Assembly (NCBI GenBank): GCA_902781505.1
Contig: CACZJL010000007.1
Span: 5,869 to 69,868, forward strand
DNA: 64,000 nucleotides
DNA from: an uncultured Lachnospiraceae bacterium
GTDB lineage: Bacteria; Bacillota; Clostridia; Lachnospirales; Lachnospiraceae
Reading direction: 5' to 3'
Below the pieces are notes generated by a model. That model was not told the origin of the DNA and did no database searches. It saw only the letters and a program-made list of their open reading frames with translations. Below, one piece after another: positions 56,892 to 64,000 of the stretch. Position numbers and translations under genes: made by a program. Each line of letters begins with the position of its first letter. Position 1 is the stretch's first letter.

Positions 56892-56922
56892 AAAACGCAG
56901 GCCTGCATCTGGCAGACCTGCG
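56892..56922 (-). terminator. Probable terminator after the pilin-like gene
   Basis: An imperfect GC-rich hairpin spans 56896-56922 (CGCAGGCCTGC...GCAGACCTGCG). A short T-run follows on the minus strand. Confidence 0.55.
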
Positions 56923-56985
56923 CTTCACTTTGGGAGGTTCAAAAATGTATAAAAATGAATCGTAACACCTTACTCACCGGCGATT

Positions 56986-57597
56986 TTAGCTCGCCTTCTG
57001 ATACGGATCAAAATTCATTGTAGAAATATCAAACTTACTGCCTTCAATACCTGACTTTTGCATACTGTTTGTGTAAATAAAGCCGGTTACAACCTTCGCA
57101 CCTTTATCATAACTTGACAGCTGAATCATAACGAAAGGAACCGCATATCTTGCTGAAGAAATTGTCTCCATCCCCGGAATCGAATACTTCAGATTTGAGC
57201 AGCTCTTAATAGGACGATCCGTAATAAAGCTGCCATTACCTGCATAGGCACAACCAACCGCTTCGCCTAACTCCTCATCATAAAGATACAAGGCATAGGC
57301 TCCATAGAACTGAATATTGCAGTCTACATTCGTCCAGTCAAGGTCATCAGCGCCCTGAGCAACCTTACCATCATTTCCAATCCAGTCCGTTTCTGCCCCA
57401 TGATAATAAGCATCCCGACATTCCGCTTCTGCCGTATCAAGCAAATTCTCATCTGCCTGGATATGACGATTCGCAAGAATCTCCATTCCATACGGAAATG
57501 CCGCCGCAACTGCAACCATAACAATAGTCACAACAATCATTAACTGAGCTAAAGTAACCCCCCTGGTTCTTAAGCTCCTGAGCTTTTTCTTCTCCAT
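56986..57597 (-). CDS. Protein with a prepilin-like N-terminus (Gln instead of Glu at +5)
   Basis: The N-terminus MEKKKLRSLRTRG/VTLAQLMIVVTIVMVAVAAAF resembles the class III signal G-F/V-T-L-x-E followed by a hydrophobic helix. A roughly 160-aa globular part follows. No pilus assembly genes lie nearby. Confidence 0.5.
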   Translation of the reverse strand: MEKKKLRSLRTRGVTLAQLMIVVTIVMVAVAAAFPYGMEILANRHIQADENLLDTAEAECRDAYYHGAETDWIGNDGKVAQGADDLDWTNVDCNIQFYGAYALYLYDEELGEAVGCAYAGNGSFITDRPIKSCSNLKYSIPGMETISSARYAVPFVMIQLSSYDKGAKVVTGFIYTNSMQKSGIEGSKFDISTMNFDPYQKAS

Positions 57598-57656
57598 TTA
57601 CCATCACCCAACCTTGTTCCGACACTGTAAGCCAAAATTCGTTCTTCTACTGTTTG

Positions 57657-57671
57657 TAGTATAGTATACTA
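57657..57671. promoter_or_regulatory. 7-1-7 palindrome TAGTATA-g-TATACTA overlapping the -10 of the pilin-like gene promoter
   Basis: The inverted repeat is perfect when read directly. The minus-strand promoter is TTGAAA (57681-57686), a 17-nt spacer, and TATACT (57658-57663). Confidence 0.5.
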
Positions 57672-57739
57672 GTACATATATTTCAATACATTATTTTACC
57701 GGTCTTTCCATGACCAAAAACAATATCCGGCCTGCATAC

Positions 57740-57776
57740 AAAAAAGCGCCTGCCAGAGTAACTCCAGTCAGACGCT
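57740..57776 (-). terminator. Terminator after the dfx-AKR operon
   Basis: An imperfect hairpin pairs AGCGCCTGCCAGAG with TCCAGTCAGACGCT. Six T residues follow on the minus strand. Confidence 0.65.
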
Positions 57777-57802
57777 TTATAAACTTCACTTCGAAAATCT
57801 GA

Positions 57803-58936
57803 TTATTCCATCACTTCCGCCACTTTCGGCATCCATTCGGAAATATGAATATGCTGCGGACATACTGCCTCACAGCTCGCACATCCGATACATGTGCTTG
57901 CAGGACCATAGCCCTGATTCAGATAATTGTGATAATACTCCTCTTCCGGAGAGAAATCCTTTCTCTTCATCAGAAATCTGGTATTATACAACGCAAAGAA
58001 ATTCGGAATCAGAATATTCTGCGGGCAGGAACTTGCCTCCACGCAATATCTGCAACCGGTACATGGAATCGGAATCGTCTTACGAATCAGCTCGGCAGCC
58101 TTTAAACAAAGCTCCCGATCCGCGGCACTTAACGGTGTAAAATTCCGCATCCAGTCGGTATTCTCATCGAGCTGTTCCATCGAGCTCATTCCGGATAACA
58201 CCACCATAACTTCCGGCAGACTCGCGGCAAATGCTAACGCCCACCTTGACATACTCCAGTCCGGATGTGCAGCCTTAAACATATCCTGCACCTCCTGTGG
58301 CGGATTGCTGAGAGTTCCACCCTTCACCGGCTCCATGACAATAACCTTTTTCCCATGTTTTACTGCTACTTCATAGCACTTTCGCGCCTGAATTCCGGCA
58401 CTTTCCCAGTCCAGATAGTTAATCTGAAGCTGAACAAATTCGAAGAACGGATATTTCGTTAAGATGTCATCTAAAAACTCCGGTGTATCGTGACACGAGA
58501 ATCCAAGGCACTTAATCTCACCAGACTCCTTCTTCTGCTTCACAAACTCAATTGCATCGTACTTCAGCGCCAATTCATAATTGACATTATTCATGTCATG
58601 CATGAGATAATAATCAAAATACTCCACCTGAAGATTCTTCTTCTGGGTCTCAAAAATCCGGGAAACATCCTCTTTTGAATGAAGCATCATATCCGGCATC
58701 TTCGTCGCAACTGTAAACTCATCTCTTCCATGACGGGCCACAACCGCCTTACCCACTGCTCGCTCACTGGTACCGGCGTGATACATCCACGCAGTATCAC
58801 AATACGTAAAGCCTCTTTGTAAAAAGAGATCCACCATTTCGTTTAACTGTTCTTCATCAATTGCTGTCTGATCATCCGCAGTTTTAAGCGGCATACGCAT
58901 AAAGCCAAAGCCCAGCTTCTGTTCCGGCACCTTCAT
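57803..58936 (-). CDS. Aldo/keto reductase fused to a C-terminal 2x[4Fe-4S] ferredoxin-type domain
   Basis: An AKR-like N-terminal barrel precedes two Cys clusters (CTGCRYCVEASSCP and CIGCASCEAVCP). Confidence 0.8.
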   Translation of the reverse strand: MKVPEQKLGFGFMRMPLKTADDQTAIDEEQLNEMVDLFLQRGFTYCDTAWMYHAGTSERAVGKAVVARHGRDEFTVATKMPDMMLHSKEDVSRIFETQKKNLQVEYFDYYLMHDMNNVNYELALKYDAIEFVKQKKESGEIKCLGFSCHDTPEFLDDILTKYPFFEFVQLQINYLDWESAGIQARKCYEVAVKHGKKVIVMEPVKGGTLSNPPQEVQDMFKAAHPDWSMSRWALAFAASLPEVMVVLSGMSSMEQLDENTDWMRNFTPLSAADRELCLKAAELIRKTIPIPCTGCRYCVEASSCPQNILIPNFFALYNTRFLMKRKDFSPEEEYYHNYLNQGYGPASTCIGCASCEAVCPQHIHISEWMPKVAEVME

Positions 58937-58939
58937 AAA

Positions 58940-59320
58940 TTACGCCTCCGTCTTCCAGAGACCATGAAGGTTACAATAAGCATATGCTGCCACTAATTTT
59001 TCACCTTCCGCTAATGCAAAAGTAGCTTCCGGTGCAGCGCCCGGCTTTAAGTCCTTCTTCGCAAAACCTTCAGTAGTTTCAATCAGAATCATCTCAATGT
59101 AATGCTCTTCAGCCATTGGATGTTCCACAGAACCGACATGCACCTTAACCTGATTTCCTTCCACAGAAATTACTGGCAAATGCTTTTCTCCTGCCGCATC
59201 TGTTGTATTCGGGATGAGTGCCTTCATCTCCTCACCACAGCACTTTGGTGTGCATGCAGTCTTCTCGCTTAAGAACACAACAAAGTTTCCACAACCACCA
59301 CAACGATAAATTTCTAACAT
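58940..59320 (-). CDS. dfx: Desulfoferrodoxin (2Fe superoxide reductase)
   Basis: The 126-aa product has a desulforedoxin-like N-terminus (CGGCGN, then CTPKCCGEEM) and a C-terminal SOR domain with His ligands (EKHLPV, HPM, and CNLHG near the C-terminus). Confidence 0.88.
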   Translation of the reverse strand: MLEIYRCGGCGNFVVFLSEKTACTPKCCGEEMKALIPNTTDAAGEKHLPVISVEGNQVKVHVGSVEHPMAEEHYIEMILIETTEGFAKKDLKPGAAPEATFALAEGEKLVAAYAYCNLHGLWKTEA

Positions 59321-59421
59321 AAAAATCCTCCTTATCTTGTGCCACAGGCAATTCCCCGTGACTGACCGGTCGAAACTCTATTTCTTTTTTTCCGTAAGGC
59401 GCGACCAAATCGCCTCTGGTA

Positions 59422-59442
59422 TTTTAGTATATTATACTAAAA
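59422..59442. promoter_or_regulatory. 21-bp palindrome (core TAGTATA-t-TATACTA) centred on the dfx promoter -10
   Basis: TTTTAGTATA-t-TATACTAAAA has perfect 10-bp arms. The minus-strand TATAAT (59431-59436) lies at its centre, and TAGGAA lies 17 nt upstream (59454-59459). Confidence 0.55.
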
Positions 59443-59528
59443 TTTCTTTTTTATTCCTACTGTTTTTTTTAAAATTCAACGAAACTGCAGAAGCATCAAG
59501 TGCCGGTACTGCTCTCCTGATTTTGCGC

Positions 59529-61787
59529 TTATATAAATTTAAGCGCTCCGCTCTCCACGAGTCGAACCAGGTTAAACGCCTTTTTTATCTGATCAAACCG
59601 GATATAGACGTAAGGATTATCAAATCCAATAATAACGCCTTCCCCATATTTCTTATGCGTTACAACCTGCCCTTCCGTCAACCCTCGCAAAGCTTCATCA
59701 AAGCTTGAATCGTCGATTATATCAGATGAAGTCCCTTTGTACTTCATCTTACTAAAATTTTTTTGAGAATTTTTTTCTTTCCTTAAGTCATCCTTCTTCT
59801 TTACCTGCGATTTCGCGGCAAATGCCCGCTCTCCCTTCAGCAGTTGGTTCACAAAAGAAGACGTGCCAGGCGCCTTTAAAATAGTCAATGTATTCTTTGC
59901 TCTTGTCACACCGACATAAAACAGACGCCTCTCTTCTTCATAGGTTTCAAGTTCTTCCTTTTTCATCTGCTTCGCTGTTCTTCCTGTCGGAACAGATTCC
60001 GGGAAGACTCCGTCTGTAACGTCAATCAGATAAACATTTGTATATTCAAGACCCTTGCTCGAGTGAATGGTTGAAAGAATGAACGGACAGGTATAATCAT
60101 TTTCCTTTGTCTGAATCAGGGTTTTAAGCTCCTCAAGACGATTTAAAAAACTTTCAATGGTTGCTTCTCTTTTCGCAATCTGTCTTAAAATAAAGACCTT
60201 GGAATCATCAATCGACTGCCTTTCGAGATAATCTGCATAACCCATATAGTGCATAATTCGGTTGATTGCCTTATCCGGTGTATCCTGCCGCATGTTATTA
60301 AAATGTGTTTCCATTGCCTTGATACTTGATCTTGTGTAGTTTTTTAAATCCAGTCCTGTCAACGCTGCCGACCACACGGAAATTCCGTGATATGTGCTTA
60401 ATTCCGAGCACTTCATCGCATTCTGCTTTGTAAGATAACTTGCGACCTTATAATAGATTTTTTCAAAACTTTCCGTATCCTTTGGATTCAAAGACAGCTT
60501 CATAATATTCACAAGATCCGTCACGACGCGGTTCGTGAAAAAGGACAGCTCCGCATTACGGATGCGATATGGCTTTCCTTCGCGTTCGAAAAGGTCAATC
60601 AGCGGAATCGCACTTTCGTTATCGCGATACAGCACGGCAGTCGTCTCCTGTGTCCGCGCACCTGCCGCCGGTGCAGGCGTGCCTTCCGCAGGACCTGATG
60701 TACCTCCCGCTAAGCTGTCACCTTCCGTCACAGACAGACCGTTTGCCACCTGTAATAGATAGGAATACTGCGCGCCCCTGTTTTTCAGTTGAACTTCCCG
60801 AATTTCAGGGCCTGCAGGCTTTGTTGCTCTCATCTTCTTTTTATGTCTTAACGTATTCTGCTGAATAAAGGCATCTGCTGCCTCTACGATTTTTGAATTT
60901 GAACGGAAATTATCCTCCATAAGAAGTACTTTCGCGTTTTTATGCTGTTTCTCAAAGTCAAGCAGGGCTTCAGGATAGGCTGCACGGAATCCATAAATAC
61001 TCTGATCCTCATCACCAACCATAAAGAGGTTGTCACTGCCAGAAGACAGAAGTCTTATGATTTCATGCTGAATTTTACTGGTATCCTGCGCCTCATCCAC
61101 ACAGATATAGGGAAAGAGTTCCTGATAGTACTTTAAAAGATCCGGAACCTGCTTTAACAGCCGATATGCATAGACCATCTGATCATCAAAGTCGATACGA
61201 CGGCGACTATTCATCTCTCTGCAATATCCCTTATAAATCTCAAGAAGATGACAGCCTGCTTCCTTCTCCCGTTCTTTTATCTCTCTATCTGTCAGCATCA
61301 TATTTTTAATGTAGGTAATCCACTGTTTTACGCTTTTTAGGTCACTCTCTGTCGGATATCCATCTTCATAACGCTGATAGAGTCCTGACAGAATCTGAAG
61401 AAGAACTCTCTCATCGCTTTCAAGCTCATACGGCGTCTTTCCGGTCATTCTGCCAAAAGTATTTAAAACGCCGGCGCAGATACTGTTGATGGTGTGGAAT
61501 TGAACTCTGTTTCCCCATTCCTCACCAAAAATCCTGGTAAATCTTACTTTCATATCCTTTGTTGCAGCAACGGTGTAGGTCAGCGTCAGAATTTTCGCCG
61601 GATTGATTCCTCTTGCAAGAATCATATAGCCAAGTCTAGCCACGAGCACAGTTGTCTTTCCACTTCCGGGCACAGCAAGAAGCAGTACCGGTCCACGAAC
61701 GGCCTGTACTGCTTCCTGCTGCTGTTTATTTAATCGTATAGGGAATCGCTTGATAAACTCCTGAAAATCCATATTTTTCCTTTCCAT
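59529..61787 (-). CDS. UvrD/PcrA-family ATP-dependent DNA helicase with a C-terminal Tudor-like domain
   Basis: Walker A is AVPGSGKTTV. Later helicase motifs are present (DEAQDTS, VGDEDQSIYGFR, TIHSSKGLEY, VGVTRAK). The C-terminus GQVVTHKKYGEGVIIG resembles the PcrA/UvrD Tudor domain. A G/A/P/T-rich insert is also present. Confidence 0.85.
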   Translation of the reverse strand: MERKNMDFQEFIKRFPIRLNKQQQEAVQAVRGPVLLLAVPGSGKTTVLVARLGYMILARGINPAKILTLTYTVAATKDMKVRFTRIFGEEWGNRVQFHTINSICAGVLNTFGRMTGKTPYELESDERVLLQILSGLYQRYEDGYPTESDLKSVKQWITYIKNMMLTDREIKEREKEAGCHLLEIYKGYCREMNSRRRIDFDDQMVYAYRLLKQVPDLLKYYQELFPYICVDEAQDTSKIQHEIIRLLSSGSDNLFMVGDEDQSIYGFRAAYPEALLDFEKQHKNAKVLLMEDNFRSNSKIVEAADAFIQQNTLRHKKKMRATKPAGPEIREVQLKNRGAQYSYLLQVANGLSVTEGDSLAGGTSGPAEGTPAPAAGARTQETTAVLYRDNESAIPLIDLFEREGKPYRIRNAELSFFTNRVVTDLVNIMKLSLNPKDTESFEKIYYKVASYLTKQNAMKCSELSTYHGISVWSAALTGLDLKNYTRSSIKAMETHFNNMRQDTPDKAINRIMHYMGYADYLERQSIDDSKVFILRQIAKREATIESFLNRLEELKTLIQTKENDYTCPFILSTIHSSKGLEYTNVYLIDVTDGVFPESVPTGRTAKQMKKEELETYEEERRLFYVGVTRAKNTLTILKAPGTSSFVNQLLKGERAFAAKSQVKKKDDLRKEKNSQKNFSKMKYKGTSSDIIDDSSFDEALRGLTEGQVVTHKKYGEGVIIGFDNPYVYIRFDQIKKAFNLVRLVESGALKFI

Positions 61788-61815
61788 CAGATAAATGCCC
61801 AGATAACTGCTACAA

Positions 61816-62940
61816 TCAGCTTGTCCTTCGCACTTCCGTTGATGCCCTGCGATTTAAAAACTTATCAAACTGCATCTTAATAAAAGCACCCACGGGAACG
61901 GCAAGAAGCATACCAACAACACCGCCGATTGCTCCACCTGCAAGTAATGCCGCAACAACCATCAACGGATGAACATGAACGTTATTGGCAAGAAGCTTCG
62001 GATTAATAATGTTGGAATCCACAAACATGATGATAAGCAATACGACAACGCCGATTACCATCATGCGAATATTTAAGGAAAAGAGATTCACCAGAACAAT
62101 CGTTCCAAATCCAAGAATCGGACCGATGTATGGAATCAGATTTCCAAATCCTGTCACAATACCAATCAGAACTGCGTATGGCATTCCGATAATCAGGAAT
62201 ACGATGCTTGTCAGAGCGCCTACGATGATTGCATCTAAAGACTGGCCTCTGATGTAACCGGAGAAGCACAGATCTGCGTCCGCTCCAAGCTCTTTCATCA
62301 GACGGATAGTATCTTTTGGAAGCAGCTTTTTCGCGACATCCTTCCAGTATCTCGAAATATGCTCTCCATCAATCAGGAAATAGATTGCAAAAATCAATCC
62401 GAAGAACAGCGAGGACATAAAGCCCGCAATTCCTGACATCACGCCGGACATAACAGCTGTCATATTCTTTGTCACACTTGACACGCTGAAATTCGATTTG
62501 GCCAGCATCTCTTCAATCTGCTCACTGAAATCACCGATGGAATTCTGGATTTCCTCATAAAAGTTCTTGATACTTTCATAATCGATCTGAGTAATCTGCT
62601 TCGTCGCTGTCCAGACCAGTACTGCACTGAAGGCAGCTATAACAGAAACAATCAGAAGAATGGTTAATAACACCGCAACCGAGCGCTTCCATTTCTGTCC
62701 TTCCTTTGCTTTTAAAAGCTTTTTCTCAATCCAGCTGACAATTGGTGCCAGAAGATAGGAAAATACACATCCAATGATCAGTGGCTTTAACACTGCACCT
62801 AAAAGTTTCCACATGGTAGAAAGACCGGGTAGTGCCGAGTACAGAGCAAACAGAATTACTGCAATCGCAACTACCGTAAAAATCGCATACTTTGATTTTT
62901 TCAAATACACGGAATCAAACCGGTTCCAAAACTTCTTCAA
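61816..62940 (-). CDS. AI-2E family transporter (PerM/YhhT-like)
   Basis: The polytopic membrane protein carries GFGNLIPYIGPILG. The ORF-track TTG at 62955 sits inside a GGAGGAA sequence, so the TTG at 62940, 8 nt downstream, is the more likely start. The start remains uncertain. Confidence 0.8.
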   Translation of the reverse strand: MKKFWNRFDSVYLKKSKYAIFTVVAIAVILFALYSALPGLSTMWKLLGAVLKPLIIGCVFSYLLAPIVSWIEKKLLKAKEGQKWKRSVAVLLTILLIVSVIAAFSAVLVWTATKQITQIDYESIKNFYEEIQNSIGDFSEQIEEMLAKSNFSVSSVTKNMTAVMSGVMSGIAGFMSSLFFGLIFAIYFLIDGEHISRYWKDVAKKLLPKDTIRLMKELGADADLCFSGYIRGQSLDAIIVGALTSIVFLIIGMPYAVLIGIVTGFGNLIPYIGPILGFGTIVLVNLFSLNIRMMVIGVVVLLIIMFVDSNIINPKLLANNVHVHPLMVVAALLAGGAIGGVVGMLLAVPVGAFIKMQFDKFLNRRASTEVRRTS

Positions 62941-63022
62941 ACAGAATTCCTCCAAACTTAAATGAGAATAATATGATGATTATAGCGAAATTCCTGATAA
63001 TCTTCAAATTCTTCCCTGCCTG

Positions 63023-63280
63023 TCAGTTTCTGTCACATGAAAGCTGTGTAAGAACTTCCTCTGCAAGCTTACTGCCCTTTTTTGCGGCATAGCTGGCCCA
63101 TTTCTTTGCCTTCGTCGCATTCTTCTCGCATTCATAGATTCCCTTCAGATATCCTTCTGCTAAGAGCGCCATGGCCTCTACTTCACCTCTGGCAGAGCGA
63201 TCAATCAGATCAAACTTCGTGCCTTCCTTAAATTTCTTATTTGATAACCCAACTGTTGGAACTCCGTTTAAAATGAGCAT
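63023..63280 (-). CDS. Small Sel1/TPR-like repeat protein
   Basis: The ATG at 63280 follows AAAGGAAG. The segment EAMALLAEGYLKGIYECEKNATKAKKWASYAAKKG resembles a Sel1 repeat. Confidence 0.45.
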   Translation of the reverse strand: MLILNGVPTVGLSNKKFKEGTKFDLIDRSARGEVEAMALLAEGYLKGIYECEKNATKAKKWASYAAKKGSKLAEEVLTQLSCDRN

Positions 63281-63415
63281 AAATCTTCCTTTCTTCAAAC
63301 ACCGCCCGCTTTAAGAGTGCCGGCAGCTCATCAACCTCAGTACTTCGATTATACAGATTCTGAAATCAACTGCAATACTTTTCGAAGAATTATACAGCCA
63401 TATCTGCGCCTATCT

Positions 63416-64000
63416 TTAATCAGTTGCAAGCAACTCTTTCCGGAGTTCTTTCTTCACTTCCTCACTGGTAAATGCCGCTTCAATCGCATTTTCAAGCAAT
63501 TTCTTTTCCTGCGTGCCAGTGAGGCCCTTTTCTTCTAACAGACTGAATTCTCTTGTAAGATTTGTTCCCTCAATTCCCGGATCATCCGTATTCACCGTAA
63601 CCCGAATTCCCTCTTCCATGTATGTAAGAAGCGGATAGTCTGACAGACTCTCCACTGCATGTGTCTGAAGATTACTGGTCGGACACATTTCCAGATAAAT
63701 CCCTTTTTCTTTCACGAGATTCATCACTTCTTCCGATTCTATGATTCTTACACCATGTCCGATTCTTGAAGCCCCAAACGCTATTGCATCACGAACACTT
63801 TCTGCGCCTGCTGCCTCTCCTGCGTGAATGGTAAATGGAATTTTCGCTTCTCTTGCTTTCAAAAATAACCGTTCATAATCCTTTGTTGGAAACAATCCTT
63901 CCGCTCCGGCAAGGTCCACAGCAACCACACCTCCATCTGTCACCAGATATTTTTCCGCCAAATTGACCGTCTCCATATTCTTATGCTCCTCGCCTCCCCG
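63416..64000 (-). CDS. add: Adenosine deaminase, C-terminal part (gene continues past the window end)
   Basis: Motifs FTIHAGEAAG, RIGHG, EMCPTSNLQT and VTVNTDDPG are present. The frame stays open to position 64000. Confidence 0.85.
   Translation of the reverse strand, partial: RGGEEHKNMETVNLAEKYLVTDGGVVAVDLAGAEGLFPTKDYERLFLKAREAKIPFTIHAGEAAGAESVRDAIAFGASRIGHGVRIIESEEVMNLVKEKGIYLEMCPTSNLQTHAVESLSDYPLLTYMEEGIRVTVNTDDPGIEGTNLTREFSLLEEKGLTGTQEKKLLENAIEAAFTSEEVKKELRKELLATD

Noticed and set aside
56945-56965. A six-codon mini-ORF (MYKNES) with a GGGAGG RBS on the plus strand
   Set aside because: No plus-strand gene lies downstream for it to regulate. It sits between two minus-strand units, and the RBS-like sequence is probably coincidental.
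59525-59548. A hairpin GCGCTTA-N8-TAAGCGC spanning the helicase stop codon, considered as a terminator
   Set aside because: No U-tract follows it on the minus strand, and half of the stem is coding sequence. The evidence for termination is insufficient.

Overview
The window looks like a chromosomal segment of a low-to-mid-GC anaerobic Firmicute. A gut Clostridia or Lachnospiraceae-type organism is my inference from gene content (DegV, CdaA/CdaR, FeoAB, desulfoferrodoxin, GH28 pectin genes, LplABC-type sugar ABC importer). I support about 56 protein genes, almost all on the minus strand, which suggests that strand is the leading strand. I also support two identical tandem tRNA-Gly(GCC) genes, one lysine (L-box) riboswitch with its terminator, about 16 rho-independent terminators and several sigma-A-like promoters and operator-like palindromes. 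I saw no transposase, integrase, phage gene or CRISPR array. From left to right the blocks are:
- carA-carB plus an orphan gene.
- A BNR/Asp-box protein with a GPH symporter and a TetR regulator.
- A PAP2 phosphatase and a GGDEF cyclase.
- A visibly GC-richer cassette next to the tRNAs: SbcC-like membrane-inserted ATPase, SbcD-like nuclease, Cys-anchored HAD, Mbeg1-like hydrolase.
- DegV, a tandem GNAT, L-box-dapA-dapB, a tandem-OB SSB-like protein, typA and an XRE regulator.
- A pectin/oligogalacturonide locus: SBP, two permeases, a short GH88/105-like protein, GH28 and a translationally coupled ABC exporter.
- YigZ with a zinc-ribbon TPR protein, then gdhA, an LCP protein, an ECF S-component, a Cof phosphatase, clpX, htrA and pgcA.
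- A tightly overlapping cdaA operon carrying two unknown membrane proteins and an HPr-like gene.
- feoA-feoA-feoB followed by two Cys-rich membrane proteins, one of them fused to an HMA domain.
- An NSS transporter, a relP-like alarmone synthetase with a two-component system, a pilin-like orphan, and dfx with an AKR-ferredoxin.
- A UvrD/PcrA helicase, an AI-2E transporter and a partial adenosine deaminase.
Nothing here is demonstrably a new system from sequence alone. The best candidates for follow-up are:
1. The cdaA operon variant.
2. A TM + Cys-cluster module that recurs three times (standalone, HMA-fused, HAD-fused).
3. The GC-rich SbcCD-like cassette with a transmembrane hairpin.
4. A shared 7-1-7 palindrome over the -10 elements of the dfx and pilin-like promoters.
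5. The tRNA-Gly pair with C at T-loop position 55.
All homology statements rest on motif recognition by eye. No searches were run.
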